A stretch of 56,923 nucleotides of DNA, filler included, from Circinaria calcarea (GCA_051942165.1; 6 parts of 6 records of this genome joined end to end with filler, not necessarily neighbours in it); one strand, 5' to 3'; positions 25,050-38,142 are shown, counted from the first letter of the whole stretch. A program made the numbers and translations. Notes: generated by a model not told the origin, from the sequence alone.

Positions 25050-27950
25050 ATAAAAAAAAAATAAATTACTAAACTTGATATTATAATTGCAACTCTAAAA
25101 TTTAAAGTTTTACGAGTAGATAGTGAAGAATATTTAATTAGTGGGAGAAGAACTGAATCCCATATCGTAATTAAAGCTCTAAACCAAAAATTAGACTTCA
25201 AAGTAATAAACTGGGAGAGATATAACCTAGGCGAATACTGGGTAATGACACATAAATGAGCTTTGCATAGGTAAACTTACAAATGCTGGAGATTTAAGTA
25301 GATTGTTTAAGCAATCTTTAACTTAATTAACCAAACAATAATCTAAAAGAACTTTTATAGATATCTTTTTAGATTTCCAATCTTTGAATTCCCCTCTCTT
25401 CTATCGATTATAAATACTCTTATATTAAAGGTGAAAAAAAGATAATTTTAATATTAGGTATTGTTGAGTTGCGTAATTTTTATAATTAGAGTACTAGAGT
25501 TACTAATATATTACTTTATGATCATTATACTCTTTACATTAAAGTAAGGTATGATAAAGATAAGTTTCTAATGGTTGGAAATTAATTTGGTTTTATTTTT
25601 AGTTCAAGTAATGATCTATTGTACTTATATACTAGTATAAATGATAAATTAGAGATTATTTTGCGGAGTATTCCTTTAATGATGATAGTATAAACTATAT
25701 TATGATTACCTTTAGGAAAGTCGATATTGAATTACTTGCAGAATATAAACTTGATCTAAAAGATATAATTAGTACTGGTTTCACACAAAATACAGCAGGT
25801 GAACTTCATACACTTACTACTATTCCTATATCTTCTAATCTAGATAGTCTTATTAAACCGATTGATTGTACTATAAAAGATGGACTTATAACAAATATAC
25901 CTGTTGTCTACAAAGATAATACTTTAATTTATTAAATTAAATTGATAAACAAAATAAGTTTTTAGCTTTAAGAAAAAATAATGTTGATAAAATAAAAAGT
26001 TTTACTACGGATTATAAATTTTATCAAGTGGGAGGATCTAAACCTTATGTTTTATGTATAAAACAACAAGATTTTTTCATGGTAGAGAAAATATGCTATG
26101 CTATGAATGGAGTTCTCCTTACTATGGTTATTGATAAGATGTTACAAGATGGTAATATTGTTAGAAAATATAACAATTATGAATTACTTATTAGTGAAGG
26201 TAAAGTTATTAAGATTTAAAATATAATTTAAATCTTATACCTATTAAAAAAAAATAGAAGTTTTATCTGTCTAAAACCCTAATATAGGTGTTATTGATCT
26301 AGAAACTCTAGAAGATAATAATGGTAATTTTAAGATATATTGTTTAGGATTTAAAACAAATTTATATATTAAACCTGTAATATATTATGTTGATGAAAAA
26401 GCTAAGAATTATGATTAAATTGTATTAAAATTAGTTGATGAATTGTTAAGGAGTAGATACCAAGATATTAAGTTTTATTGTCATAACTTAGGAGGATTTG
26501 ATATTATTTTTATATTAAGTCTTTTACTAAGATATAATGAACATCATGATGATAAATATCATCTTAATTATATTTTAAGAGATAAGTAAATAATTAGAAT
26601 TACTATTTCTAAAAAGATTAATAACATTACACGTAAACTTTCTATTCAAGATAGTTATTGTATATTAAGCGAAAGTCAATTGTCTTTATCTAAAAAGTTT
26701 AAAGTGGATGCTATAAAAACTCCTTTTTCTTATCTTTTCTCAAAAGAGAATAATTTAAGTTCTAGAGGTACTACACCTGATATTTATTATTCTAAAAATA
26801 TGGATGTATTTAGCTATCAATTAATTTACGAAGATAATTGATCATTTAAAGAAGAGTCTATGAAATATCTTGAAAATGATCTGTTAGGTTTATATCAAAT
26901 TCTAACGAAAGCTAATAAATCATTTTTTATAGACTATGGTATTGATATTACAGATAGTTTAACAATATCATCTTTAGCTATGAAGGTTTTTCATAAAAAG
27001 TACTATAATAATATACCTTCTATTAGTAATACTAAAGTATATAGAGATATTAAAAGTGGATGTTACGGAGGTATTACTGAAGTATATAGACCTTATGGAG
27101 AAAATTTATATTATTATGATGTTAATAGTTTATATCCTTATGTAGCTTTAAATCCTATCCCTGGTATTCATTGTACAAGGGTAGAGTATATTAATCATAA
27201 TGTTTCTATTCATGATCTTTGCGGTTTTTATTTATGTGAAATAGAATGTGATAATAATTATCTAGGATTATTACCTTTTAGAGATAAAAGAGGACTTATA
27301 TTTCATATGGGAAAATGAAAAAGTTGATATTTTTCTGAAGAATTAAAATTTGCTTATGATAATGGTTATAAAATAAAAGTTCTAAAAGGATACTTAATAA
27401 AGAGTTAGATGTTTTCTAAATTATGTATTAGATATTTATAAAATTAAATCAAATGCTATCAATCCTCTCCAAAAATCTAGAGCTAAAAATTTACTTAATA
27501 ATTTGTCAGGTAGATTTGGTATATCTATATAAAAACCTATTACAGTGATTATGTATGAAAAGCAGTTTAATAAAATAAGTTATATGAACAAGGTGAATTC
27601 TTACATAGAATTACAGGATAATCAATATCTGGTTACTTACTATCCTAGTTTAGATTATGATATTATAAATAATTTAGGATTAGATCTAGTTAAAATTGCT
27701 AGTAAATATAGAGATAATGTAAGTAGTTACCATGATTATACTTCTGTTTGTATTTAAGCGGCTATTACAGCTTATGGTCTAATAAAGATCAGTAAATTGA
27801 AATTATTTATACTAAATAAAGGTGGAAGTATATATTATTCTGATACTAATAGTATAGTTACTGAGATAAAATTACCTGATTCTATGGTTAGTAGTAGTGA
27901 AATAGGTAAATTGAGATTGGAACATGTAATTGAGAGACTTAGAGTCTAAA
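25050..27950 (+). pseudogene. dpoB: Degenerate protein-primed family-B DNA polymerase of linear mitochondrial plasmid type; boundaries approximate
   Basis: Motifs occur in order: ExoI VIDLET (~26290), ExoII YCHNLGGFD (~26475), QDSY, KYLEND, YGGITEVY..YYYDVNSLYP, KNLLNNLSGRFG, AAITAYG, YYSDTNS and IGKLRLE. There are many TAA stops and frameshifts. Confidence 0.92.
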
Positions 27951-28418
27951 TTATATATAGAAAGGTATTTTACGGTGAGTTAGATAAACTAAAGGCAGAT
28001 GTTATTAAGCCTAATAGATCTAAAAATGAATGTAGTTTTATGGTCGGTTATCCCAATAGACCGAAACTTCTTTTTGATTAAGCAAAAAAAGCGCGATTAC
28101 AGAATCAAACTTTCGACTAGAAAATGCGTTCTCTCCCGTCGTCGAAAGGAAGAAAATTAGATGAGAATAAATGAGATTCTTTCATCCAAAGGTATCTTTC
28201 CTTCATAACGTCCCGACTAGGATTTTGGGATATGCCCTGTTCCCCCCCGTGCAATTTTCTTTAAGTTAAAAACAAAAAAGAAGATAACCTTAGCTTTAAA
28301 CAAAAACGTCTTTTGTTCTTCTCTACTAAACCTTAATTTTTATTAAGGTGGCCATCATTTTCGCTATATAAGCGGATTAGTCCAAAACTAGTTATCAACT
28401 GGTTGGCAGTCAGCCAGC

Positions 28419-28518
28419 NNNNNNNNNNNNNNNNNNNNNNNNNNNNNNNNNNNNNNNNNNNNTTAATTAATTAANNNNNNNNNNNNNNNNNNNNNNNNNN
28501 NNNNNNNNNNNNNNNNNN
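28419..28518. other. Artificial contig spacer 3
   Basis: 44 N + TTAATTAATTAA + 44 N. Confidence 0.98.
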
Positions 28519-31500
28519 TTCCCGTAACCGCCACTGTTGCCGTTACCGTTGAATGTAAGTTTGAGCTTTTGGCCATTGATCGCTCCCGAGGCCATGGGGG
28601 TGCCGGCGCTGGAGACGCCTGCGGTAGAACGTCCATCGCGGGGTGTGGTCTGCTGGTCGTCCCAATCTTGAAATTCAGGGCGAGATTCAGTCTCTGATTT
28701 CAGCTTAGCCATACACGCAGCCTAGATGATATCACGGATTAGACTAAAAGGTCAATCGTCTGAGTTGAAAGGGCTAACTCACCTCAATCTCATTGGCATC
28801 GTGAAACAGCACACTCCCGTCCTCATTATATGTTCTCGCATTGTTACACAGCAAACGGATGTCATCTCTAAATTCCCTTAGACTCTGGTAATCCTGTCGG
28901 TTGATTTTCTTCTGGATATTTTCCATCGCAATGGGATTCGTGATGATAATGTAATAGTCCGGATACTGTGTCTTGGGTACCAACTTGATGAACGGATCGA
29001 TGATTCCTCTCGTCGGTGGACCATCTTCATCATCCGACGACTCACCGGGAATCTCTTCCTCCAATCCCATCAGGTGATGATAGACATTGTTGAGGATTTT
29101 CTGCAACTTGGTGCGTTCCGAAGGACTAAGAGTCTCTGGGATTTTCGATGGCCATCTTCCACCCCCACGCTTCCGCTTCGCCGTCGGCACTTCCTCCACT
29201 TCCTCCTCGGCTTTTCGTTTTGACCCGTTGTTTTTGTTACGGTTACGTTTTTTCGGCATTAGCTCTTCGGAGCTTTGACGGGATGGTTCAGGTGAGCTTT
29301 CCGCGCCCTTGGTCCGCTTCTCCTTGTTGGTGTTTCGCTTTTCGATGCGTGCGTTCTTTCGAGCAATCGCAGCCTCAAGGGTGTCCTCGTCGTCGTCAAC
29401 AGCCATGAGCCATTGCTCCTCCGTAAGTCCGTCATCATATTTTACACGGGTCCTCTCCCGCACGCCTCGACCAGCAAGCTCCTCGATTTCCTCCGGAACT
29501 GGATTGTCCTCTTGCAGGTAGATGTCGGGCAGTTCACTTTCACCCATCAATCGAGGGAGCTTTCGGTTGGGACCATAGTCCGGATCTTTGGCACGTTCTT
29601 CATCCATCTTCTGGAACTGAATGAGTTCGTCGTCAGATCTAGCCATTATCGCGTTCAGATCGTCATCGTCCATCTCCTCCTGCTCGGCCAATTGTTCGGC
29701 GGCTTCTGCGGTATCCAGTAAAGTCCGAAGGAGGGCATCTCTGTCTTTTTCCGTGGATTTGTTGTCGAATTTTCCGGCCTGAATCACCTTGCCATCCATG
29801 TCAAGTTTGAATTTAGCACGCTCCAAGATTTTTTCCTCGACCGAATTAGAGCTGATCAGTCGTAAGATACGAACTTCATTCTTTTGGCCGATACGATGAG
29901 CACGATCTTGTGCTTGCAAGTCCTGATGGGGATTCCAATCAGAGTCGTAGATGATGACTGTGTCCGCAGTCTGTAAGTTCAGGCCAAGACCACCGGCGCG
30001 TGTGGACAGTAGGAAGCAAAAGTAAGGTGAATCAGGTGCATTGAAGAGCCTAAGTAACTCGGATCTATCATCTGATTTCGTAGACCCATCGAGCCGCAGG
30101 TATTGCATGCCACGTAACCGTAGAAAATCTTCCATGATATTCATGATCTGTGTCATCTGAAAGAACATCAAGACTCGATGGCCAGAATCTTTAAACTTGG
30201 GTAAGATACGGTCCAGTAGTTCGAACTTGCCTGCTGTACGCCATAGCAAGTCATTTGAACCCTTGTCTGGATTCATCTGCTCTTCCACTTGTTCGAAGAC
30301 GAAAGGATGGTTGCAGAGCTTACGCAATTGCATGAGCATATTACTCAAACCGCGCATGCCGGTCTTGCCACCTTTTCCGTCGCTAACAGACATTTTGTTA
30401 TATGTCATAAGCTGCTTGTAGAGCTTGGCTTGTAACGCCGAGAAACGGCATTTGATGACCCGTTCCTGCTTATCTGGCAGGTCTTTCTCCACGTCTTTCT
30501 TGAGACGACGGAGCAAGAAAGGTCGCAAAACCTTATGCAGACGGCGGATGACGAGCAGTTGCTCTTCTTCAGTAAGCTCCATCTTGTCCTGGCCACCTGT
30601 ATTTGCAAACGGGGTGTTGAACCATTCATCAAACGATTTGACGGATTTGAAGATTGTAGGTAGTACAAAGTTGAGTAACGCCCACAGTTCAGGAAGGTTG
30701 TTCTGCAGTGGAGTACCAGTAAGGATCAAGCGAAATCGCGTGTTGTAGTACGAAGTCAGAGTACTGCTAAGTTTTGATTGAGCGTTCTTCATGCGATGAC
30801 CTTCATCGATTATCATATGCACCCAGCGAATCTTGCTCAGAACAGGTCGATCCTTGATGATATACTCATAGGTGGTAAGAAGAACTTGGAACTGACCATA
30901 TCGAATCTGTGCTTGCTGTTGCTTGCGCGTATTTGGCGGTCCCTTGTACAAAATGCGGGAGACAGTAGGAGCCCATTTTTCGAATTCCAAGTTCCAATTT
31001 GTCAAAGTACTAAGTGGGACAATGACGAGGAATGGCCCATTCTGCCTCTTTTTTTCGATGAGGTATGTAATCAAACTGATAGTTTGTATGGTCTTGCCCA
31101 GCCCCATTTCGTCTGCGAGAATTCCATTGAGATTATTATTGTAAAGTGATATCATCCACTGCAGACCCTTGACTTGATATTCCTTTAGAGTACCTCCAAC
31201 CAACATGTTGGGTTGCACTGAAACTTCTTCCTTCACCCGATGGGCGACTTCGTAGTAATCGATCTTTGAACCACCTGCCTGACCATCTTCATCCTCACTA
31301 ACATCATCCTCGGGTACAATTTCGTCACCCTGGACTTCTGCAGCACTCCGCTGCTGCTGCTTTACAGATGCCGCAAGTTGTTTCAAGAATCCGTCCGTTT
31401 GTTTCAAGAGATGAGAAATGCGAGAATCCTTGGCCTGGTCGAGTAGTTTTAGATACGTCTCTTCATCATTGGCTTTCAGCGCTTGGAGACGCTGTTTCGC

Positions 31501-32948
31501 TGTTCTCTCCACGCGCTTCAGCTCCTCTTTCTCGATGTGCTGGTGGTGCTGCAACATCATACGCCCGAGCTTCTGCTTCCTGCCCCGCTGGGTTGCTGCG
31601 TTCTTCTGTATCTCTTGACCATGCTGGAGAATCGATTGGATATGATCAATTTGCTTCTTCTTCTCCTTTGACTCCCTGGCATCCCGCTGTTGCTTCTCAA
31701 GCTTCTCTGTTATTCGGGCTTCACGGAGAGATTGCTTTTTCATCCTCCGGTACATAGATCTATTCGCAGTCTGGGCCAAGTTGTCGTAATGGATCATGTC
31801 CCTGCTGACTTGTTGACGAAGAGCACGTTGTTTCGGCAACAGACAAAGCATTTTATACTCTATGAGAGCCTTCAGCTTAAGGGAATCGTCTGCCTTTGGT
31901 GTCTCGCTCTTGCTCGTATCCCATACTGCAACATTCGCCGGCAAGCTCTCCAACTCAGACTTCCGTGACATGATGCGGTTGAAGATGATCCTTTCCCGCT
32001 CTTCTCTGACGCGATCAACATCGACACCTGTTGGCATGATACTTGGTATCATAAGCCGCCTTGCCCGAGCAGAGTGATCAGCATAGCCGATTGTTGAGGC
32101 TAGGTAGCTGTAGGGTGATTTGAAAGTATCGTACATATGCCGAACCTTTGGAGACTTTGATGTATCTCCGTCGTTCTGGAGGGACCGTGTTGCAGTATCA
32201 AGAGTTTGACTTGCTGCAGCAATTACTTGTCCACTTGTGGATGGTGGCTTGGTCTGTTGAGAGGGGAATAGCTGCTGCTGCACTTGCGCAGGTATCGCTT
32301 GGTTTTTCGAAAGAAGCTTAAAAGCCATTATTTGGTTCTTTAGGGTGTTCATCTGTTCAGGGGTAAAGGTGCCGACACCATGCGGTTGCTGTTTAGATGG
32401 TGGCTGCCCAGCTTGGCTGGTAGCCAGAGGTATATCAGATGACGTGGTAGATGACACTGTTGCTGCTTTGCCGGATGCAGCTTCGGATATGATTTGGCCT
32501 AAAGTGAGATTGTTCAGTACTGTCCATTCCTATCATATGCTCACTCTTACCGTTAACGCCATTTGTCCCATTCGCGCCATTGGCGATATTTTGCGTGATG
32601 GCGGGATTTTGTTGTTGCTGTATCTGACGTTGCTGTCGAGCAATAGCTTCCTGTTGCTGGGCCTGCCGTTTCCGAAATTGCGCCTGTTGGGTAACCGCGG
32701 TAAGGAGGTTATATGCTTTGAGGTATTCCGGGTCATCTTCGCGGACTCCTGCTTCCTTCATCTTCGTGTATTTCTACGCTAACGTTAGCGACAGCCTGTT
32801 GATCATGTAGAGCTTCTTCGGTAAGGTGGGCATCAAACTCCATCATCTCACTTACCGCGTAGGTCTCTTGAACGTCCCGCTGAGTGAGGTTGGTGGGGAT
32901 GGACGTTGCAGCCTGGGGAATGCTGGGAGCACTTTGGACCGATGCCAT
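28519..32948 (-). CDS. STH1: SNF2-family chromatin-remodelling ATPase (RSC/SWI-SNF catalytic subunit: QLQ, HSA, ATPase, SnAC, bromodomain), 3' end cut by the gap
   Basis: Motifs GILADEMGLGKT, DEGH, LTGTPLQNN, QAQDRAHRIGQ and bromodomain YPDYY..NARTYN. Introns 32855-32774, 32550-32499 and 28782-28722 keep the frame. STH1/SNF21 versus SNF2 naming is not resolvable by eye. Confidence 0.9.
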
Positions 32949-34002
32949 CGTAGCTACCTGTGCGTGCCTGTGCCTGTGCCCGTGCTCGTTCTCCCTACGT
33001 GACTAAAGTGTCGAGGATGGCTCAGCGTTGATAGGGCTGAGAGTAGCGCAAGTCGATTTGTTCTCATTGGAATCCCGAGAGACAGGAGTGGGTTTACCGC
33101 CGAGGGCCCATCAGAAGGCCCGGCTCCTTGAGGATGCTGGAACGAGCCCCTAACGCGTCGCCAAGGTCGTGTTGAGGAGTCGGTAGGGTTATTTCGCAGA
33201 AGTAGCGATGGAGGGGTCGCCTTGAGCTGAACGCCTTTTGATCGATGCGTCGTTGCTTAAGGTGAACGAGGCACTTGCCTTCGCCAAGCGCTAAACTCGC
33301 TTCCGGTGACGCTAAGCCGGAAGAGTGCACTACGGTCACCGGTAAGGTACTATAACGCATTCAATACCAACCACACCCACCTCTGTACTATGTACTGTCT
33401 ACCTCTCATCTAAGTGTAGGAATAGGGGTTAATGGCCTACATGGGATTTACTATTCTACTCCCAGTCGCAAGATTCGAATGGTGACAGGGTACTATTCAC
33501 ATGGCTGTTACATATCACTGCAAGATGAAGAAATTGTACTGCTACTTCAGATAGGATCACTAGGCAGGGTATGCAGTGAAACTAGCAAGTAGCAGTTTCC
33601 ATGCAGGAACAACAAGACTGGCGTGCCATCATACAGAACCCCCACACTCATTTGAACGTACACTGTACCGTATAGAGCCTTTTCAAGTTACCTGAGGCAC
33701 TTTCACATCTGAGCGGGAAAAATATCCCAGTCAGCGTTTCGGGATACAAACTGCAACCCGTGGTTCCTGAATGGACTCGGAATAGTTCAGGGAGGTACCG
33801 ACGACACGCCAACAAAAATGCATACATAATGTGCTAGTATAGTGCCCTGCACTTCCAGCCGTCCAACGTTCGAAGCTGAATTAATAACTGTCAACCTTTT
33901 GGCAATGCGTAACAATATTCCGCCTCCCACCCCCTTTCCAGCCGTAATTCATACATGAGCCTAAACCCTAAGAGAACTTTCCTTTGAAGATAAGTCTATC
34001 CA

Positions 34003-35529
34003 TTAGGCATAGTGTACATCGGAAGTACTGAGAGCGCTTCTTTTCATGGGCGGAGGCGGAGGAGGCTTCTTAGCCCTGGAAGGGGGAGGTGGTGGCGGCG
34101 CCTTCTTGCCATTCGAGGCCATTGCATTCAACGTAGAGGAGCTGACGGTTCTTGATGGCGCGCTCCCATGTGATGTGGCAGGTGACGCTGCTCTCTCACC
34201 AAAATATCTGTCGGGGCTGCTAGTGCTGTTGCTGTAGAATGTCGAGGTGTCCGAGGGATCGTCGAAGACATCTCCGCCGGTGAGTACGCGGCTGACAGGA
34301 CGAAGTTGAGCTCGTTGTGTCCGCATTGTAAGGGTATCACTCGGAACTCTGGACATTCGGATGGGAGATGAGTCTCGATAGAGCTGAGTGGGCCCCTCAA
34401 AAGTCGTCGATCGGTTGACCGAAGGTCGATTTGATGCGCCATCATAGTTGTGACTATCTCTTCGAGGCGACTCCGGCAGGAAGTTGGACGACACTGCACG
34501 GTTTGAACGGATTGGGGGGCGGGTTTCTGGTGGTGGCATCTCGGGCTCCTCCTCTACTGTGTTATACCTATCGGCGTAGGAATGTGCCGTGTTAGAGCGC
34601 GATCGAGGGTTCTTACGATTGTTCAAGTCGTTCTGCCTATAAAAAGTTAGTAATATAAATTTCGAACATTCGATTGCACTGACGCTGCTGGCCATTCCCT
34701 CTTGAGTTGGACAAGGACCTCGCGACATCGGTCATAATAGCTTAGCTCGGCATCTAGAAAGGCACCCAGGTCCGCAACACTATCGGCCTCGGCCTCTTTG
34801 ATGTCTTGCATTCGGCGATAGACATCTTCGCTCGACTCCTCGTACTTGGCCTTCTGAGAGCGTAACTCTTCTTCCACTCGGAAATCCTCCTTCTTGGCTT
34901 TCTGCATCTTTGCGAGAGAAGCGTCATACGCTAGTCGCCGGTTCTCTAACTTCTTCCGCGCAGCCTAAAAGGAGTTAGGGGTGGGTATTGGAACTTAATG
35001 AGGACATTAGACGGACCTGGTATTCCTTCATTTGTGCGAGAGATCTCTCAAGTGACTCAAGCCAGCTTGTAGTTGAATTGGCAACGTACGTCTCTTGAAT
35101 GCGTGCAATACGCTCATTGGTCCTGCCCAAGCCTGCGAGCCAATCAGCTGAGTTTTTGAGTTGCACTCTCCCTACGTACCTATAAGGCATTGCCCAAATT
35201 CGGAGTCGTTTTCAAAGTCTTCGCCGTGATTGACCATTGTAGAGCCGAGATAAGCCACAGGCAGAGTCTTTTCCTTGTCGTCCCCCTCGTTGCGCTTCGA
35301 TAGAGTTTTGACGTATGCCGTCATTGATTTCTGAAGACGCTCCATACCTACTTAGTGTTAGGATATAGATCTTGCAATGATGACCGTGCAGGTACACGGT
35401 ACCTTCATGCCTCAAGGCCATTTCAACCTCAAGCGCTTTGAAATCATCCGAGACATTTGTCTTCACCTCGCCACCCATCCTCTCTCCCGCCCATTGCTTT
35501 AGCCGGTCAAGCTTCTTATTGACGTTCAT
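34003..35529 (-). CDS. BAR-domain protein with Pro-rich C-terminus, multi-exon
   Basis: Segments MNVNKKLDRLKQWAGERMGGEVKT..DDFKALE, RKKLENRRLAYDA, EEELRSQKAKYEESSEDVYRRMQDIKEAE and KKAPPPPPPSRAKKPPPPP lie across short GT-AG introns. Confidence 0.85.
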
Positions 35530-36699
35530 GGCGGTCGACGGCCTCTGGCAACCGTGACTCCTCTGGTCTTATTTGACGTGATCGATGCGCGATTTGTGTT
35601 CGCTCAGTGTGCTCTGATGTGTTGCGTTATTGCCAGTGTAATAACGATGCAGATGTTGGAGCGATTGTTGGACGCAAAAAGACCGACGAGAGAGATAGAG
35701 TATATGGAGATGGAAAGGAGGTGCAAAGGGTACTCTCTGTGATGGAATGGAGAGTGATCTTCGGGGTACGGGGACGCTATCTGAAATAGCCTGTATGAAG
35801 TACCCCCAAATATTGAATATGACGAATTGGGACTGCACGGGCCGCTGGATGTAAAAGTCACTGAAATTTGAGATCAGAAAGGTACAGATGAAGAAACAAT
35901 GGGATTCCCGATGATTTTATTGACTTTAGATTCTTTGCATCATTTCATTGACCTCAAACGGCCAAGACTTTCACTTCATGAGTGACTACTACTACAGCTT
36001 TGTCTGATAGGTATCTACTATGAGTTTCGGTCGGCGAATAAACGAACCACCATTCATCTGCTGCGAAACATTCACCCCTGAAACCCTTTCTGTGAAATGA
36101 GGTAGGCGCCGACGCCATCACAGCATCCCTGTAAGCCTTAGTACATTGACAGAAGCTCCCTCTTGATGCGCCTTCCATTTGTTGCTATTCATCCGTTTTC
36201 TGTTGATAACCTCTTTCGCAAACAGAGGTTTAGAAAAGCATGCTACGCGCCACTACTGCCATGGAGCGAGACAAAAGTCTTTTTGTACCACGATTGAAGC
36301 TAGACAATAGGGCTAGATGCTGGATTCCGTCGAGATGTCCAAAAGGCTGATTGCCGCTGTCAAAATCTAGCTTGGCTTCCTCCACTTAAGAACGCCTCGA
36401 GGATCCCTTCCCCGGATAAGGTTGAAGAACGACTAGTTTCAAGTCAGGGTCTCGGACATGGAATACATGCACGACATATCAGCATTAGCGGCTCCGCGTA
36501 CAAAGAGATTGTTGGAGTTCAGCATCGTGGGATTCTTTAACTTCCAACACTCTCTTTTCTGATGTTGATTTATCACATCTCCTACCTGCTCTTCTACATT
36601 TTCTCTCCCTTCCTGCTTCATTTTGACTCAAGCCGCCAGGGACAACCCTAACAACGACCTGGAAATAGCCAAAAAGCAACTGTCATGATCCACAGTCTC

Positions 36700-37050
36700 T
36701 AAGAAGACCACTCCAACTTCTCTATAATCGTCAAGCAGCTTCAGGGGTCAAGGGCCGCCCTGACCGCTCATCTCAGCAGATGTTGTGAACCTCTCTACCG
36801 AAACAATGGTCGACGGCACTGCCGCTGTTCATAAGATGATTTCCCACCTCGTTAGTCGAGGCCTGGAGGTTACATTCGTGATGCATTCTGCTGGGTATTC
36901 ATACGACCAGAAGGAATAGAAGGATTGCTAGCTGCAGATCGTGCTACGAGTGGTAAAACCCGCGGAGTGACAAATCTTTATTTTCATTACTGTTGGCTTT
37001 TCCCTCCCTGGGGGAGAAGTCAAAGGAGAAGACCCCCTTTGACTGGCCAT
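36700..37050 (+). pseudogene. Frameshifted alpha/beta-hydrolase (Abhydrolase_6-like) relic
   Basis: Fragments in shifting frames: TMVDGTAAVHKMISHLVSRGLEVTFVMHSAG (nucleophile elbow at ~36881), EGIEGLLAADRATSGKTRGVTNL and IFITVGFSLPGG. Confidence 0.55.
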
Positions 37051-37309
37051 GATAGCAGGTGATAATCCAGAAGTCGTATGACATACTTTACGGCTGTAGC
37101 CCTGCCCGGAGTTTTCCTACTTGAGAGGGCGAGGCTGTAGTGTTTATACTCGAGTACCGTGTACTATTATTCATAAGCTATGGATCACTCCTGGCAGATG
37201 TAACGTGCAATCCGTGAAGAAGATATTGCCCAAAGTTGTCATGCAGAATTTTATTACTACACGCAAGAGAGTAGGCTTTGAACAAACAAGCAAACCCGCT
37301 CTTTAATAC

Positions 37310-37921
37310 CTAATCCTTGGTCTTTTGTGTACCACGTAGCAACCCAGTCCTCCTGGCGGCGATAAGACCAGCCTTTTGACCTTGGGCGGCAAACCGTGAG
37401 ATGGTTGAAGCTTTTCCGATATGCTGGTGATTACCACCACCGTGAGGCTAGATTGCAACTTCAGCTATGTTCCTCTTCAGAGTGAGACTAAAGTGTTCTT
37501 ACATGGTCAACTGGATTCATCGCAACACCACGAGTCTTCGGCCATGAATTGCGCTTAACGGCGAACTTATGCTTTGCACGAGAGGCCTCTGTACGGACGA
37601 TTAGCTCAAGCTTTGCAAAGACTTCACGGGTTTTTCAGAAACATACTTAGGAGCGGCTTGTCAGTACGTCCACCTCCAGCAACAATACCAATCATCCCTC
37701 TTGCGCTGCTCTTGATAATTTTCTTTGCGCCACTGGGTAGCTTAACTCTCGTCTTGCCCTCATCGGGATTGTGGCCGATGACCGTAACATAGTTCCCAGA
37801 TGTTCTCCCGAGCGCACCACGATCCCCGGCCTTCTCTTCAACGTTGGTCATGACGGTACCTTCGGGTACAGAGCCAAGAGGTAGGACGTTCCCCACAGTT
37901 AGAGTTGCATTCTTCCCAGCG
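37310..37921 (-). CDS. RPL2: 60S ribosomal protein L2 (uL2), 3' part
   Basis: Segments [65 protein letters not shown] and [14 protein letters not shown], with two introns. Confidence 0.96.
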
Positions 37922-38021
37922 NNNNNNNNNNNNNNNNNNNNNNNNNNNNNNNNNNNNNNNNNNNNTTAATTAATTAANNNNNNNNNNNNNNNNNNNNNNN
38001 NNNNNNNNNNNNNNNNNNNNN
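37922..38021. other. Artificial contig spacer 4
   Basis: 44 N + TTAATTAATTAA + 44 N. Confidence 0.98.
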
Positions 38022-38052
38022 TCCCTTCCCCTCCTCTCCCACAACGATACCC

Positions 38053-38142
38053 GAAACCACCAAAACCACCAAAACCACCAAAAACATCCAGACCTGCCTC
38101 ATCTCTACCCCCATCCGCATCCGCATCCCCATCCCCATCCGC
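38053..38142 (+). repeat. Short tandem repeats (AAAACCACC)x3 and (CCNCAT)n
   Basis: Directly visible near the contig start. Confidence 0.7.

Larger units (their letters stand above)
19015..28418. other. Mitochondrial DNA contig (fungal, TGA=Trp code)
   Basis: Very AT-rich. It carries cob with TGA at conserved Trp positions, group I introns and a plasmid-type DNA polymerase relic. Confidence 0.92.

Noticed and set aside
27950..28418. GC-richer hairpins and a short frame after the dpoB relic
   Set aside because: No recognisable gene, intron core or tRNA, so it is too weak to call.
18915..28518. Mitochondrial sequence as a nuclear insertion (NUMT) between the MBOAT and STH1 genes
   Set aside because: It is bounded by artificial spacers, and cob and the LAGLIDADG ORF are intact under the mitochondrial code, so it is most simply a separate mtDNA contig.
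29087..32782. Many plus-strand ORFs overlapping the SNF2 ATPase
   Set aside because: They are antisense shadows of a long coding region with no independent features.
36641..37045. Telomerase RNA candidate (CAACCCTAAC template-like motif, U-rich tract, hairpin at ~37018-37044)
   Set aside because: The region is better explained as an alpha/beta-hydrolase relic, and no convincing pseudoknot or three-way junction was seen.
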